Both the position numbers and the translations under genes were made by a program. Of a stretch of 64,000 nt of DNA, positions 53,096 to 59,856 are shown piece by piece. The DNA is from an uncultured archaeon (GTDB lineage: Archaea > Thermoplasmatota > Penumbrarchaeia > JASLWR01), in NCBI GenBank assembly GCA_964342815.1, contig CAYFHS010000012.1, positions 42,421-106,420 of the forward strand. The letters run 5' to 3'. The notes beneath the pieces are model-generated. The model saw only the letters and a program-made list of their open reading frames with translations, was not told the origin of the DNA and made no database searches. Position 1 is the first letter of the stretch, and every line of letters starts with the position of its first letter.

Positions 53096-53569
53096 TCAAT
53101 TCTCGGTCAGGATCTGTTCATCATATTCTATCTCAAAGCGCAGCTTGTGTTTTGCTTCTTCCTGGGCAAGGTCAAGAAACAGAGTGGACAGGCTCTCATC
53201 ATCCATTGCGGTTGCTAGATCGGAATACATCTTGAATGCCGCTTTTTCTTTCTTCATTGCAACGATAAGAGCTTCCTGATAATCCATCCCGGGATATGGT
53301 TCAATATCAACTAGGTAATCACCAATTTTCAAGTCCGGGACCTTTTTCCCCCCGGTCTTTCCGATGGTTCCGGTCTTTATCCCAATTAACTTCTTTTTGT
53401 GGCCAAGCTCCTCACGGGCGAAATCCTCGAAGACCTTTCGCATGGACGGACGCTCCATATTTTGAGCAAGATCCATGTAGAATCCATGAGCTTCCTCTTC
53501 ACCCTTGATAGCAAAATCGAGTATGTCATCCACCGAGTCAAAGTTGATCATGGTTTTTTCCTCCTGCAT
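53096..53569 (-). CDS. ferritin-like diiron domain protein (rubrerythrin-domain only, COG1633-type)
   Basis: 157 aa. Two E...ExxH pairs (GEEEA...EELGH; KEKAA...EEAKH). An alternative start at ATG 53551 has a GGAGGA spacer. Confidence 0.7.
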   Translation of the reverse strand: MQEEKTMINFDSVDDILDFAIKGEEEAHGFYMDLAQNMERPSMRKVFEDFAREELGHKKKLIGIKTGTIGKTGGKKVPDLKIGDYLVDIEPYPGMDYQEALIVAMKKEKAAFKMYSDLATAMDDESLSTLFLDLAQEEAKHKLRFEIEYDEQILTEN

Positions 53570-53580
53570 TGATAATTGTA

Positions 53581-54156
53581 TTACCAGTTTTCTGCGGCGA
53601 CCTCAAAATACTTTTGAGGGTGATCGCAAGCGGGACATTTCGGAGGTGCATTTGTTCCCTCGAAAACATATCCGCAATTGAGACAACGCCATACAACGGG
53701 TTTTTCTTTTACGAAAGCTGTACCGTTCCGTACATTCTCGAGGAGTCCCCGATACCTTTTCTCATGTTGTTTCTCGGCAACCGCTATGGACTCGAAAGTG
53801 GAAGCGATCTCGTCGAAACCCTCGTCCCATGCAATTTCGGCAAAACCAGGATACATCTCTGTCCACTCGTAATTCTCACCTGCTGCTGAATTTGTTAAAT
53901 TTTCCGCAGTGCCCTCGATCATACCTGCAGGGAAAGCCCCGCTGATCTCCACCTCGCCGCCCTCGAGGAATTTGAACAACCTCTTTGCGTGTTCCCTTTC
54001 CTGATTGGCGGTCTCATCGAATATCTGTGAAATCTGTACAAATCCCTCTTTCTTTGCCTTGGCACTGTAGTATGTATAGCGGTTTCGGGCTTGGGATTCT
54101 CCAGCGAATGCCGTTAATAAATTCTTTTCCGTTTGTGTTCCTTTCAAACTCTTCAT
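53581..54156 (-). CDS. rbr: rubrerythrin
   Basis: 191 aa. The N-terminal [27 protein letters not shown]...EREHAKRLF is the classic diiron domain. The C-terminal WRCLNCGY...CPACDHP is the rubredoxin-like domain. Confidence 0.92.
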   Translation of the reverse strand: MKSLKGTQTEKNLLTAFAGESQARNRYTYYSAKAKKEGFVQISQIFDETANQEREHAKRLFKFLEGGEVEISGAFPAGMIEGTAENLTNSAAGENYEWTEMYPGFAEIAWDEGFDEIASTFESIAVAEKQHEKRYRGLLENVRNGTAFVKEKPVVWRCLNCGYVFEGTNAPPKCPACDHPQKYFEVAAENW

Positions 54157-54177
54157 TTAATTCCTCCGTATTTTCCA

Positions 54178-54372
54178 TTATAAAGGTGCATAATAACATC
54201 TTTTCGGTGAATGCAGTTTACCCCGCATTCTTAATTCTTTTATTATTTTTGAAACTTCTTTGCTCTCAATTCCTGTTATCTTGGCAACGTCCCCGGGTCT
54301 CATGGGTTTATCTGCATCTACAAATGCTTTTAGTACCTTTTCCTGGTCACTCATAATAATCACCTCTTTCAT
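54178..54372 (-). CDS. small winged-helix DNA-binding protein
   Basis: 64 aa (58 aa from ATG 54354, which has a GAGGTGA RBS). ...KPMRPGDVAKITGIESKEVSKIIKELRMRGKLHSPKRCYYAPL has a helix-turn-helix plus wing pattern. The ATG overlaps the TGA of the hemerythrin gene (ATGA). Confidence 0.6.
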   Translation of the reverse strand: MKEVIIMSDQEKVLKAFVDADKPMRPGDVAKITGIESKEVSKIIKELRMRGKLHSPKRCYYAPL

Positions 54373-54854
54373 TTCGGGTCGATCCTTCCCTTAAGCAATA
54401 AGAGATTTTCTTTTGATAGTTTATGACGTACAAACGGATAAAAGGTATCATCCTCTTCATCAGCATGTTCAAGAAGATCTCTCAGTAATATCCGGGATTC
54501 TTCCGAAAATTCTCTGATCATTCCATAATCAAGTTCATCCTGAGATATTAATTTTTTTAATTTGTAAAATCCATTCCGCAGTTCTTTATGTTTGCGCAGG
54601 ATATTGGACATGATCCTTTGTTCTTCCGCAGTAATATCAACATTTTCTTCGATGAGATCGATAAGTATCTCCTCCTGCTTGAAGTGAACTAATAAATTTT
54701 CCGATAGATATCTCATAACATTATTGAAATTTACCGTGGTTACTTTATTATTTTCGTGGGTCGGCCCAAACATTGAAGAATATTCTATACCGAGAGCGAT
54801 ATTTTCTCTTAGATTGTTATGTGCGTTGGAAATAAGACCTATTATATCGATCAT
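54369..54854 (-). CDS. hemerythrin-like (HHE cation-binding) domain protein
   Basis: 161 aa with an AGGAGG RBS. H/E-containing helices (…LVHFKQEE…, …RKHKELR…, …LLEHADEEDDTFYPFV…) are consistent with a four-helix diiron hemerythrin fold. Confidence 0.55.
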   Translation of the reverse strand: MIDIIGLISNAHNNLRENIALGIEYSSMFGPTHENNKVTTVNFNNVMRYLSENLLVHFKQEEILIDLIEENVDITAEEQRIMSNILRKHKELRNGFYKLKKLISQDELDYGMIREFSEESRILLRDLLEHADEEDDTFYPFVRHKLSKENLLLLKGRIDPK

Positions 54855-54890
54855 GTCTCACAACCTCCTGTGGGCGATATACTTTTTCCA

Positions 54891-55385
54891 TTATTTATAT
54901 TTCCAGTCACCCGTCCTTTCCAAACTCTTTAGATTATCCGTTAGAAGGGCGATATGATCCTTTTCGAAATCGGCCAGTCTCCCGAATAGATTCCTCGTTT
55001 CATAGTCATCAATGATCTTTTGGTTTTTCTTATAGAATTCAACTGATCTTTTCTCGATGTCAATGGCGAATTTTATTGCTTTCACTGCATCGAAATCGGA
55101 AAATATTTCCGGGAGTCTCCTGTGATCGAGGAATATCTCACCTTTTGCAATAATGGAAATTGGCTGAGCCCCCGACTCATTGAGCACATCTGAATTTTGC
55201 AGGGTTCGTTTATATTCCTCTTCAAGCCATTTCATATGCTCCAATTCCATTTCTGCCAGATGAGAAATTATGCTCTGAGCGCTACGATCATTTACAAAGT
55301 CTCTCATAGTGTTGTAGAAACCGTAACCGAAGTTCTCGATCTCTATGGCCTGGCGAATTGTTCCCATTGTAATGTCGATTTGCAC
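54891..55385 (-). CDS. ferritin-like diiron domain protein (COG1633-type), second copy
   Basis: 164 aa with a GTG start. ExxH pairs are AIEIEN...EMELEH and AIDIEK...FEKDH. Confidence 0.7.
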   Translation of the reverse strand: MQIDITMGTIRQAIEIENFGYGFYNTMRDFVNDRSAQSIISHLAEMELEHMKWLEEEYKRTLQNSDVLNESGAQPISIIAKGEIFLDHRRLPEIFSDFDAVKAIKFAIDIEKRSVEFYKKNQKIIDDYETRNLFGRLADFEKDHIALLTDNLKSLERTGDWKYK

Positions 55386-55450
55386 GATATCATTCCTCGT
55401 AACAGTTTTGCGTCATCGCTGATTTTTTTATTCTTATCATTTCTCCAGTT

Positions 55451-55942
55451 CTATTTGCCGCGCTGCCCGAGGTCCCGGTCCAGTACGAAGAGCCCGGGAC
55501 CGTTATTACCTATGAGCCTAGCCTTGTCCAATATTTCGCGGGAATGGTCCTCTTCCTCAACCTGCTCTTTCACGAACCACTGGAGAAAGTTCTGGGTAGA
55601 ATGATCTTTTTCCCCGGAAGCGAGATCCACAAGTTTGTGTATCAAGCCTGTCACTTTCTGCTCGTGGGCATACACATGCTCGAAGACCGCTAGAGCCGAA
55701 TCCCATTGATCCGGAGTGGCTTCAATATTGAACAAGGTCACCCTACCGCCGGAATCTATCACGTAATCGTATATCTTCATGGCGTGCTCCATCTCTTCCT
55801 CCGCCTGTTTCCTCATCCAGTGTGCCATTCCTGAGAGACCCTTGTCACTCAGGGAGGCGGACATGGAAAGATAGAGATATGCAGAGTACATTTCGGCATT
55901 AGTCTGCGCATTCAAAGCTTCTTCCACGGATTTATTTAACAT
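55451..55942 (-). CDS. ftn: ferritin (non-heme, FtnA-like)
   Basis: 163 aa with a GGAGGG RBS. LNAQTNAEMYSAYLYLSMSA...EEEMEHAMKIYDY...EQ.EE is the canonical ferroxidase-centre pattern. Confidence 0.9.
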   Translation of the reverse strand: MLNKSVEEALNAQTNAEMYSAYLYLSMSASLSDKGLSGMAHWMRKQAEEEMEHAMKIYDYVIDSGGRVTLFNIEATPDQWDSALAVFEHVYAHEQKVTGLIHKLVDLASGEKDHSTQNFLQWFVKEQVEEEDHSREILDKARLIGNNGPGLFVLDRDLGQRGK

Positions 55943-56005
55943 TTCTACAACCCTCCAAAGAATTTTTCGTTTTCAATTTACTATTTTCATGGGGCCGTTA
56001 TCCTT

Positions 56006-56377
56006 TCAAGCGGACCACAGGCCGTGTAATGAGCAATATTCCCTGACCTGAATGATCTCCTCGGTGTTTTTAAAGAAGGCCTGGGGCGCATCACCCGGTT
56101 TTAAAAACTTTCGTTGCACTCCACCGGCGGTGATGACCTCGATCCATTCGATGTAATGGTTGGACTCCATTGGGTGCTGCACGGCGCCCACGGTAACCTT
56201 CACACCTTCATCGGTCTTTTCCACCACGGGGACATGCTTCTCCATGCCCTGATCTTCTGTTTTTGCTTCCTGTAATTGCATCGATTGCCCGCAGCACACC
56301 AATCGTCCTCCTCCGGCATGCAGCACACTCACGATGTTCCCACAGATATTACATTTGTATACTCCTGTCCTCTTCAT
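56006..56377 (-). CDS. dfx: desulfoferrodoxin (2Fe superoxide reductase)
   Basis: 123 aa. Centre I is YKCNICGN...LVCCG. Centre II ligands sit in EKHVPV, VQHPM, SNHYIEW and YCSLHGLW. Confidence 0.92.
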   Translation of the reverse strand: MKRTGVYKCNICGNIVSVLHAGGGRLVCCGQSMQLQEAKTEDQGMEKHVPVVEKTDEGVKVTVGAVQHPMESNHYIEWIEVITAGGVQRKFLKPGDAPQAFFKNTEEIIQVREYCSLHGLWSA

Positions 56378-56398
56378 TGTTTTTCACCTCTATATTGA

Positions 56399-56689
56399 TC
56401 AGATTTCGAGATTTCGTCCAGTACATTCCGGGATGTAACAGGTCACGTCGATAAATTGACATTTTTCCTTGCATCCCGGACATATCTCAGGTGGAACGGA
56501 GCCGCTGAGAGCATACCCGCAGCTAGAGCATTTCCATTCCATTTTTGGGTTTTGACTTTTATTTAGCAGGATCTTTCCTTCGGGTACCTTGCCGAATTTG
56601 GATTTTAGCGCGCCGCATTCAGGGCATGTTTCCGGAGATTCATTGCCCATGTGCTCGTAACCGCAAACTACACATCGCCATTTTATCAT
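56399..56689 (-). CDS. tandem rubredoxin-type (rubrerythrin C-terminal-like) 4-Cys domain protein
   Basis: 96 aa with two units: WRCVVCGY...CPECGA and WKCSSCGY...CPGCKE. Confidence 0.75.
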   Translation of the reverse strand: MIKWRCVVCGYEHMGNESPETCPECGALKSKFGKVPEGKILLNKSQNPKMEWKCSSCGYALSGSVPPEICPGCKEKCQFIDVTCYIPECTGRNLEI

Positions 56690-56698
56690 CTTTTCACC

Positions 56699-57022
56699 TC
56701 AATTGGTCCTTTTCATGTAATTTTCGCGGATGTTGATTAGAGAGCCGTGTTCTTGATAAGCTTCAATAAGATCATGAGAGTAATTATCGGAACAATACCA
56801 TATAAACGGATTGGTTTTCCGATATCTGCTTTCCGGCGTATTGTGTACTTTTTTTTCAAGCTCTGTGTATCTCGATTTCCATCCGGCGGGTTCTTTCTCA
56901 CGACCAAGAAAGACTCCATTCTCATTTTTATACATATTTATTAATCTTTGGTTGAGATATTTTATTTCTTTCTCAGAAAGGTTTTTTATTATCAACACGC
57001 GTAAGACCTCACGATACGTCAT
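56699..57022 (-). CDS. hypothetical protein (107 aa)
   Basis: The ATG abuts the stop of the upstream cupin gene (TAGATG). No motif recognised. AT-rich. Confidence 0.45.
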   Translation of the reverse strand: MTYREVLRVLIIKNLSEKEIKYLNQRLINMYKNENGVFLGREKEPAGWKSRYTELEKKVHNTPESRYRKTNPFIWYCSDNYSHDLIEAYQEHGSLINIRENYMKRTN

Positions 57023-57388
57023 CTATTCACCTTCTTTCAAATTGTTATTATTTAACTCGACCCCCATCTTCCCGTTCGGTATTATCGGACAAAACGAGAG
57101 CAAAGTCATTCCATTTTTTGATGCGGATAAGAAGTGAGAGTTTCCTTTTGGAACGAGAATCAACATACCTTTACTTATATTCTTACTAGATTCATCAATC
57201 GTAATTAGACCATTTCCATCCACTATATAATGTATCTCATCGATATCGGTGTGGATATGGCGGGGTAACGTTCTATCGGGACCAATGAAATATACTGAGG
57301 CTATGACCTGATCGGTAATTATCGGGACTTTTTTGATCACCTTTGCTTGTTCTATTTCTTTCATGTCATCAATATTTATCAATTCCAT
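57023..57388 (-). CDS. cupin-domain protein
   Basis: 121 aa. The cupin metal motifs are PRHIHTDIDEIHYIVDGNG and LVPKGNSHFL. It is the first gene of the redox island. Confidence 0.7.
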   Translation of the reverse strand: MELINIDDMKEIEQAKVIKKVPIITDQVIASVYFIGPDRTLPRHIHTDIDEIHYIVDGNGLITIDESSKNISKGMLILVPKGNSHFLSASKNGMTLLSFCPIIPNGKMGVELNNNNLKEGE

Positions 57389-57409
57389 TGTATACCCTTA
57401 CGGCTTCCG

Positions 57410-57419
57410 CTATATATAT
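57410..57419 (-). promoter_or_regulatory. candidate TATA box for the redox-island operon
   Basis: The alternating tract CTATATATAT lies about 22-31 nt upstream of the ATG at 57388 on the minus strand. This would imply a leaderless or very short-leader transcript. Confidence 0.3.
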
Positions 57420-57468
57420 CGAAATTTCAAATTTCTTTATAAAATAAGTGAATATCTTCTATAATTAA

Positions 57469-57490
57469 TATGCAAATCATATGCAAATCA
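57469..57490. promoter_or_regulatory. perfect 11-bp tandem direct repeat TATGCAAATCA x2 (candidate operator)
   Basis: 57469-57479 and 57480-57490 are identical. The repeat sits in the 200-bp divergent intergenic region between the redox island and the HTH-PAS gene. Confidence 0.4.
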
Positions 57491-57588
57491 CAGATAATAC
57501 ATTCATTATTGTATCATCTTATTTAATAGGCAAATAATGGGGTGCAAAAAAGTTTAATAACCAGGATACCATTTGAAGTACCGATCAG

Positions 57589-59058
57589 ATGCTTCCGTTA
57601 AAGAGAAAGCTGTCCTATCTCATTCTCGGTCAAAAGGGCGGTAAGAATAGGATAAAAATCATCGAGATATTGAAAGACCGACCATATAACTTGAACCAGC
57701 TAGCCGGATTATTAAACGTAAACTATCGTACCGTAAAACACCATATAGACGTATTATTGAAAAACGAACTGATAAGCTCATCAAGGACAGGGGGATACGG
57801 GGAAGTATATTTTCTGACTCCAGAAATGGAAGGAAATATGGATATCTTCCAGGACGTAATCAAGAAATTGACCGACTTTACATCATCAAAAAAGTTTTTC
57901 AAAAATATAATGGAACAGACCACCGATGCAGTGATGATAATCAACGAGGAGGGGGATGTGTATTTCTGGAATAACGGCGCAAAAAAGATTTACGGTTATA
58001 GCGAGGAGGAGGTATTGGGTAAAACAATCACAATCTTTCCTGATCTCGGAACCTATGAAAAATTGATTAAGCAAATCGCTGACGGTGAACAAATTGTGGC
58101 TTTGGAAGCAGAGCTTAGGCACAGATCCGGAAAACTCATTGATGTCAGTCTGACCATAGACGGAATTAAGGATGAGAACGGGAGCATTATAGGTTATTCT
58201 ATAATGTCACAAGATATTACAGAACGGAGGCGCGCGGCAGAGAAACTGAAAATCAGCGAGGAGCGTTATGCACTAGCACAGCGGACGGCCAATATCGGGA
58301 GCTGGGACTGGGATATTACCACCGGAGATCTTCATTGGTCTGATACCATCGAGCCGATGTTCGGTTTTAGCCCCGGAAAATTCAGGCGCAGCTACGAAGC
58401 ATTCCTGGATTGTGTACACCCCGACGACCGCCAGTTCGTGATCAACAGTGTGAATGCTTGTGTGGAAAAGGGCGATGAATACGATATCGAGCACCGTATC
58501 ATTTGGCCCGATGGTACAATAAGAATAGTATCCGAGACCGGGGACGTGTTCCGGGATGAGCAGGAAAATGCCGTCCGAATGGTGGGAATCGTGCAGGACA
58601 TTACCGACCGCAAAAGAGTGGAAGAGGAACTCAGGAAAAATGAGGTCGAAATGACCGCCATACTCAAGAATGTACCGATACCCATGATACTGGTGGACGG
58701 GGAAAGACGGATACATGAGGTCAATGACGAAGCCATAAAATTCGCTGGAAACGCTGAAGAAATGATGATCGGTCAACTGGAAGGCAACGGGCTCGGATGT
58801 CTCTATTCACTGGACGACCCAAAGGGCTGCGGGTTCGGACCTAACTGTGGATTTTGTGAGATACGCACAACCGTACTGGACACTCTTGATACAGGAACGA
58901 ACCATTACAGGGTAAAAGCCCGGATCACAAGGGGAACCGAGGAAAACAGAGAAGTACTGGATATTCTGCTTTCAACGACACTACTTCACGTCATGGGGGA
59001 GCGAAAAGTATTGGTCTGCATTGAGCCGTTGAATGGCGGTTCCAAGTGTGGGGAGTAA
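57589..59058 (+). CDS. HTH (ArsR-like) transcription regulator with three PAS domains; the last carries a 4-Cys motif
   Basis: 489 aa. N-terminal ...RIKIIEILKDRPYNLNQLAGLLNVNYRTVKHHIDVLLKNELI.... PAS signatures include ...TTDAVMIINEEGDVYFWNNGAKKIYGYSEEEVLGK... and ...GSWDWDITTGDLHWSD...VHPDD...EHRIIWPDGTIR...QDITDRK.... The third PAS has GC...GCGFGPNCGFCEIR. Confidence 0.85.
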   Translation: MLPLKRKLSYLILGQKGGKNRIKIIEILKDRPYNLNQLAGLLNVNYRTVKHHIDVLLKNELISSSRTGGYGEVYFLTPEMEGNMDIFQDVIKKLTDFTSSKKFFKNIMEQTTDAVMIINEEGDVYFWNNGAKKIYGYSEEEVLGKTITIFPDLGTYEKLIKQIADGEQIVALEAELRHRSGKLIDVSLTIDGIKDENGSIIGYSIMSQDITERRRAAEKLKISEERYALAQRTANIGSWDWDITTGDLHWSDTIEPMFGFSPGKFRRSYEAFLDCVHPDDRQFVINSVNACVEKGDEYDIEHRIIWPDGTIRIVSETGDVFRDEQENAVRMVGIVQDITDRKRVEEELRKNEVEMTAILKNVPIPMILVDGERRIHEVNDEAIKFAGNAEEMMIGQLEGNGLGCLYSLDDPKGCGFGPNCGFCEIRTTVLDTLDTGTNHYRVKARITRGTEENREVLDILLSTTLLHVMGERKVLVCIEPLNGGSKCGE

Positions 59059-59079
59059 GAATTTTTCTGCGATGAAAAA

Positions 59080-59841
59080 TCAATTTCTTCTTATCAATCT
59101 CTCAATATTATCCACTACACTTTTCAACTCACCGATATTCTTCACGATATATTCTCTCGAGGCATCGTAGATATTCCCTACCTCGAATGGACATTTCGTT
59201 TTCCTTATAAAGAGGGCATCCACCACTCCGCCCTTGTGGATTATTAAATGCCTCAGTTCTATAAAGTTTTTAAGATTCTTCTTCTGTTTTTCACAGACAA
59301 ATATCGTGAATCGGTCGCTCCGTTCATCGAGAACCCTCTTGAATGCCTGATCCACCTTGCTCATTTTAAAAAAGGAAAAGCGGTGTATGGATAATATTTC
59401 ACCAATGGTGTATTTGTTGATATTGAGTTTTTTTATTACTTCGAAATCAATTTCTTTTTGGTATTTTCGATTTATTTTTTTTGCGATCTTTCCATCGTTA
59501 AGCATCAATTCAATCAGCCGATTCTTTAGATAAGCCTCGAATGACGTCACAGCCGATACCACTGCATCGTGATATAACGGGTGTTCAAAGGAGATTTCCG
59601 AAGTTTTAAATGCTTCGCTCAGAGCTGATATTGAATTGTAAAATGACAATATCGTGGTCTTTTCTTCATCAAAGGATTTTGTGTTGATATAATCCTGGAG
59701 AGTTTTTTTGTCTTGGATCATGATGTCGATCAAATTCTGAACCTCGAGTAGAGCCTTTGCCCGTGAGATGTTGCTTAGGAAGATATCGTAGATTTCGGTA
59801 CGGTGTTTCAAGTGAATAACTCCTTTCACATCATCTTTCAC
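59080..59841 (-). CDS. HEPN-domain (RiboL-PSP-like) protein, putative RNase/toxin
   Basis: 253 aa with a GTG start; all-helical. The E-x-R-x4-H-x-G-G motif ELRHLIIHKGG has its R..H codons at 59236-59253. The gene is visibly more AT-rich than its neighbours. Confidence 0.5.
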   Translation of the reverse strand: MKDDVKGVIHLKHRTEIYDIFLSNISRAKALLEVQNLIDIMIQDKKTLQDYINTKSFDEEKTTILSFYNSISALSEAFKTSEISFEHPLYHDAVVSAVTSFEAYLKNRLIELMLNDGKIAKKINRKYQKEIDFEVIKKLNINKYTIGEILSIHRFSFFKMSKVDQAFKRVLDERSDRFTIFVCEKQKKNLKNFIELRHLIIHKGGVVDALFIRKTKCPFEVGNIYDASREYIVKNIGELKSVVDNIERLIRRN

Positions 59842-59856
59842 TGTAATGAAATGTTA

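Noticed and set aside
50701-53099. Upstream extensions of three track ORFs: Grx-like to 50769, IscS to 52357 and TusA to TTG 53099.
   Set aside because: The first two overlap the preceding gene and all three add residues untypical of their families. Internal ATGs at 50700, 52321 and 53000 fit the family N-termini; 53000 also has a GGAGGA spacer.
57470-57490. ATGCAAAT within the tandem repeat equals the eukaryotic octamer (Oct-factor) motif.
   Set aside because: This is a coincidence of a short AT-rich word. POU-domain factors are not expected in a prokaryotic genome.
59080-59841. The AT-rich HEPN pocket could be a mobile element or prophage remnant.
   Set aside because: I could see no integrase, transposase, flanking direct or inverted repeats, or tRNA target. 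I kept only the weaker statement of possible lateral origin.
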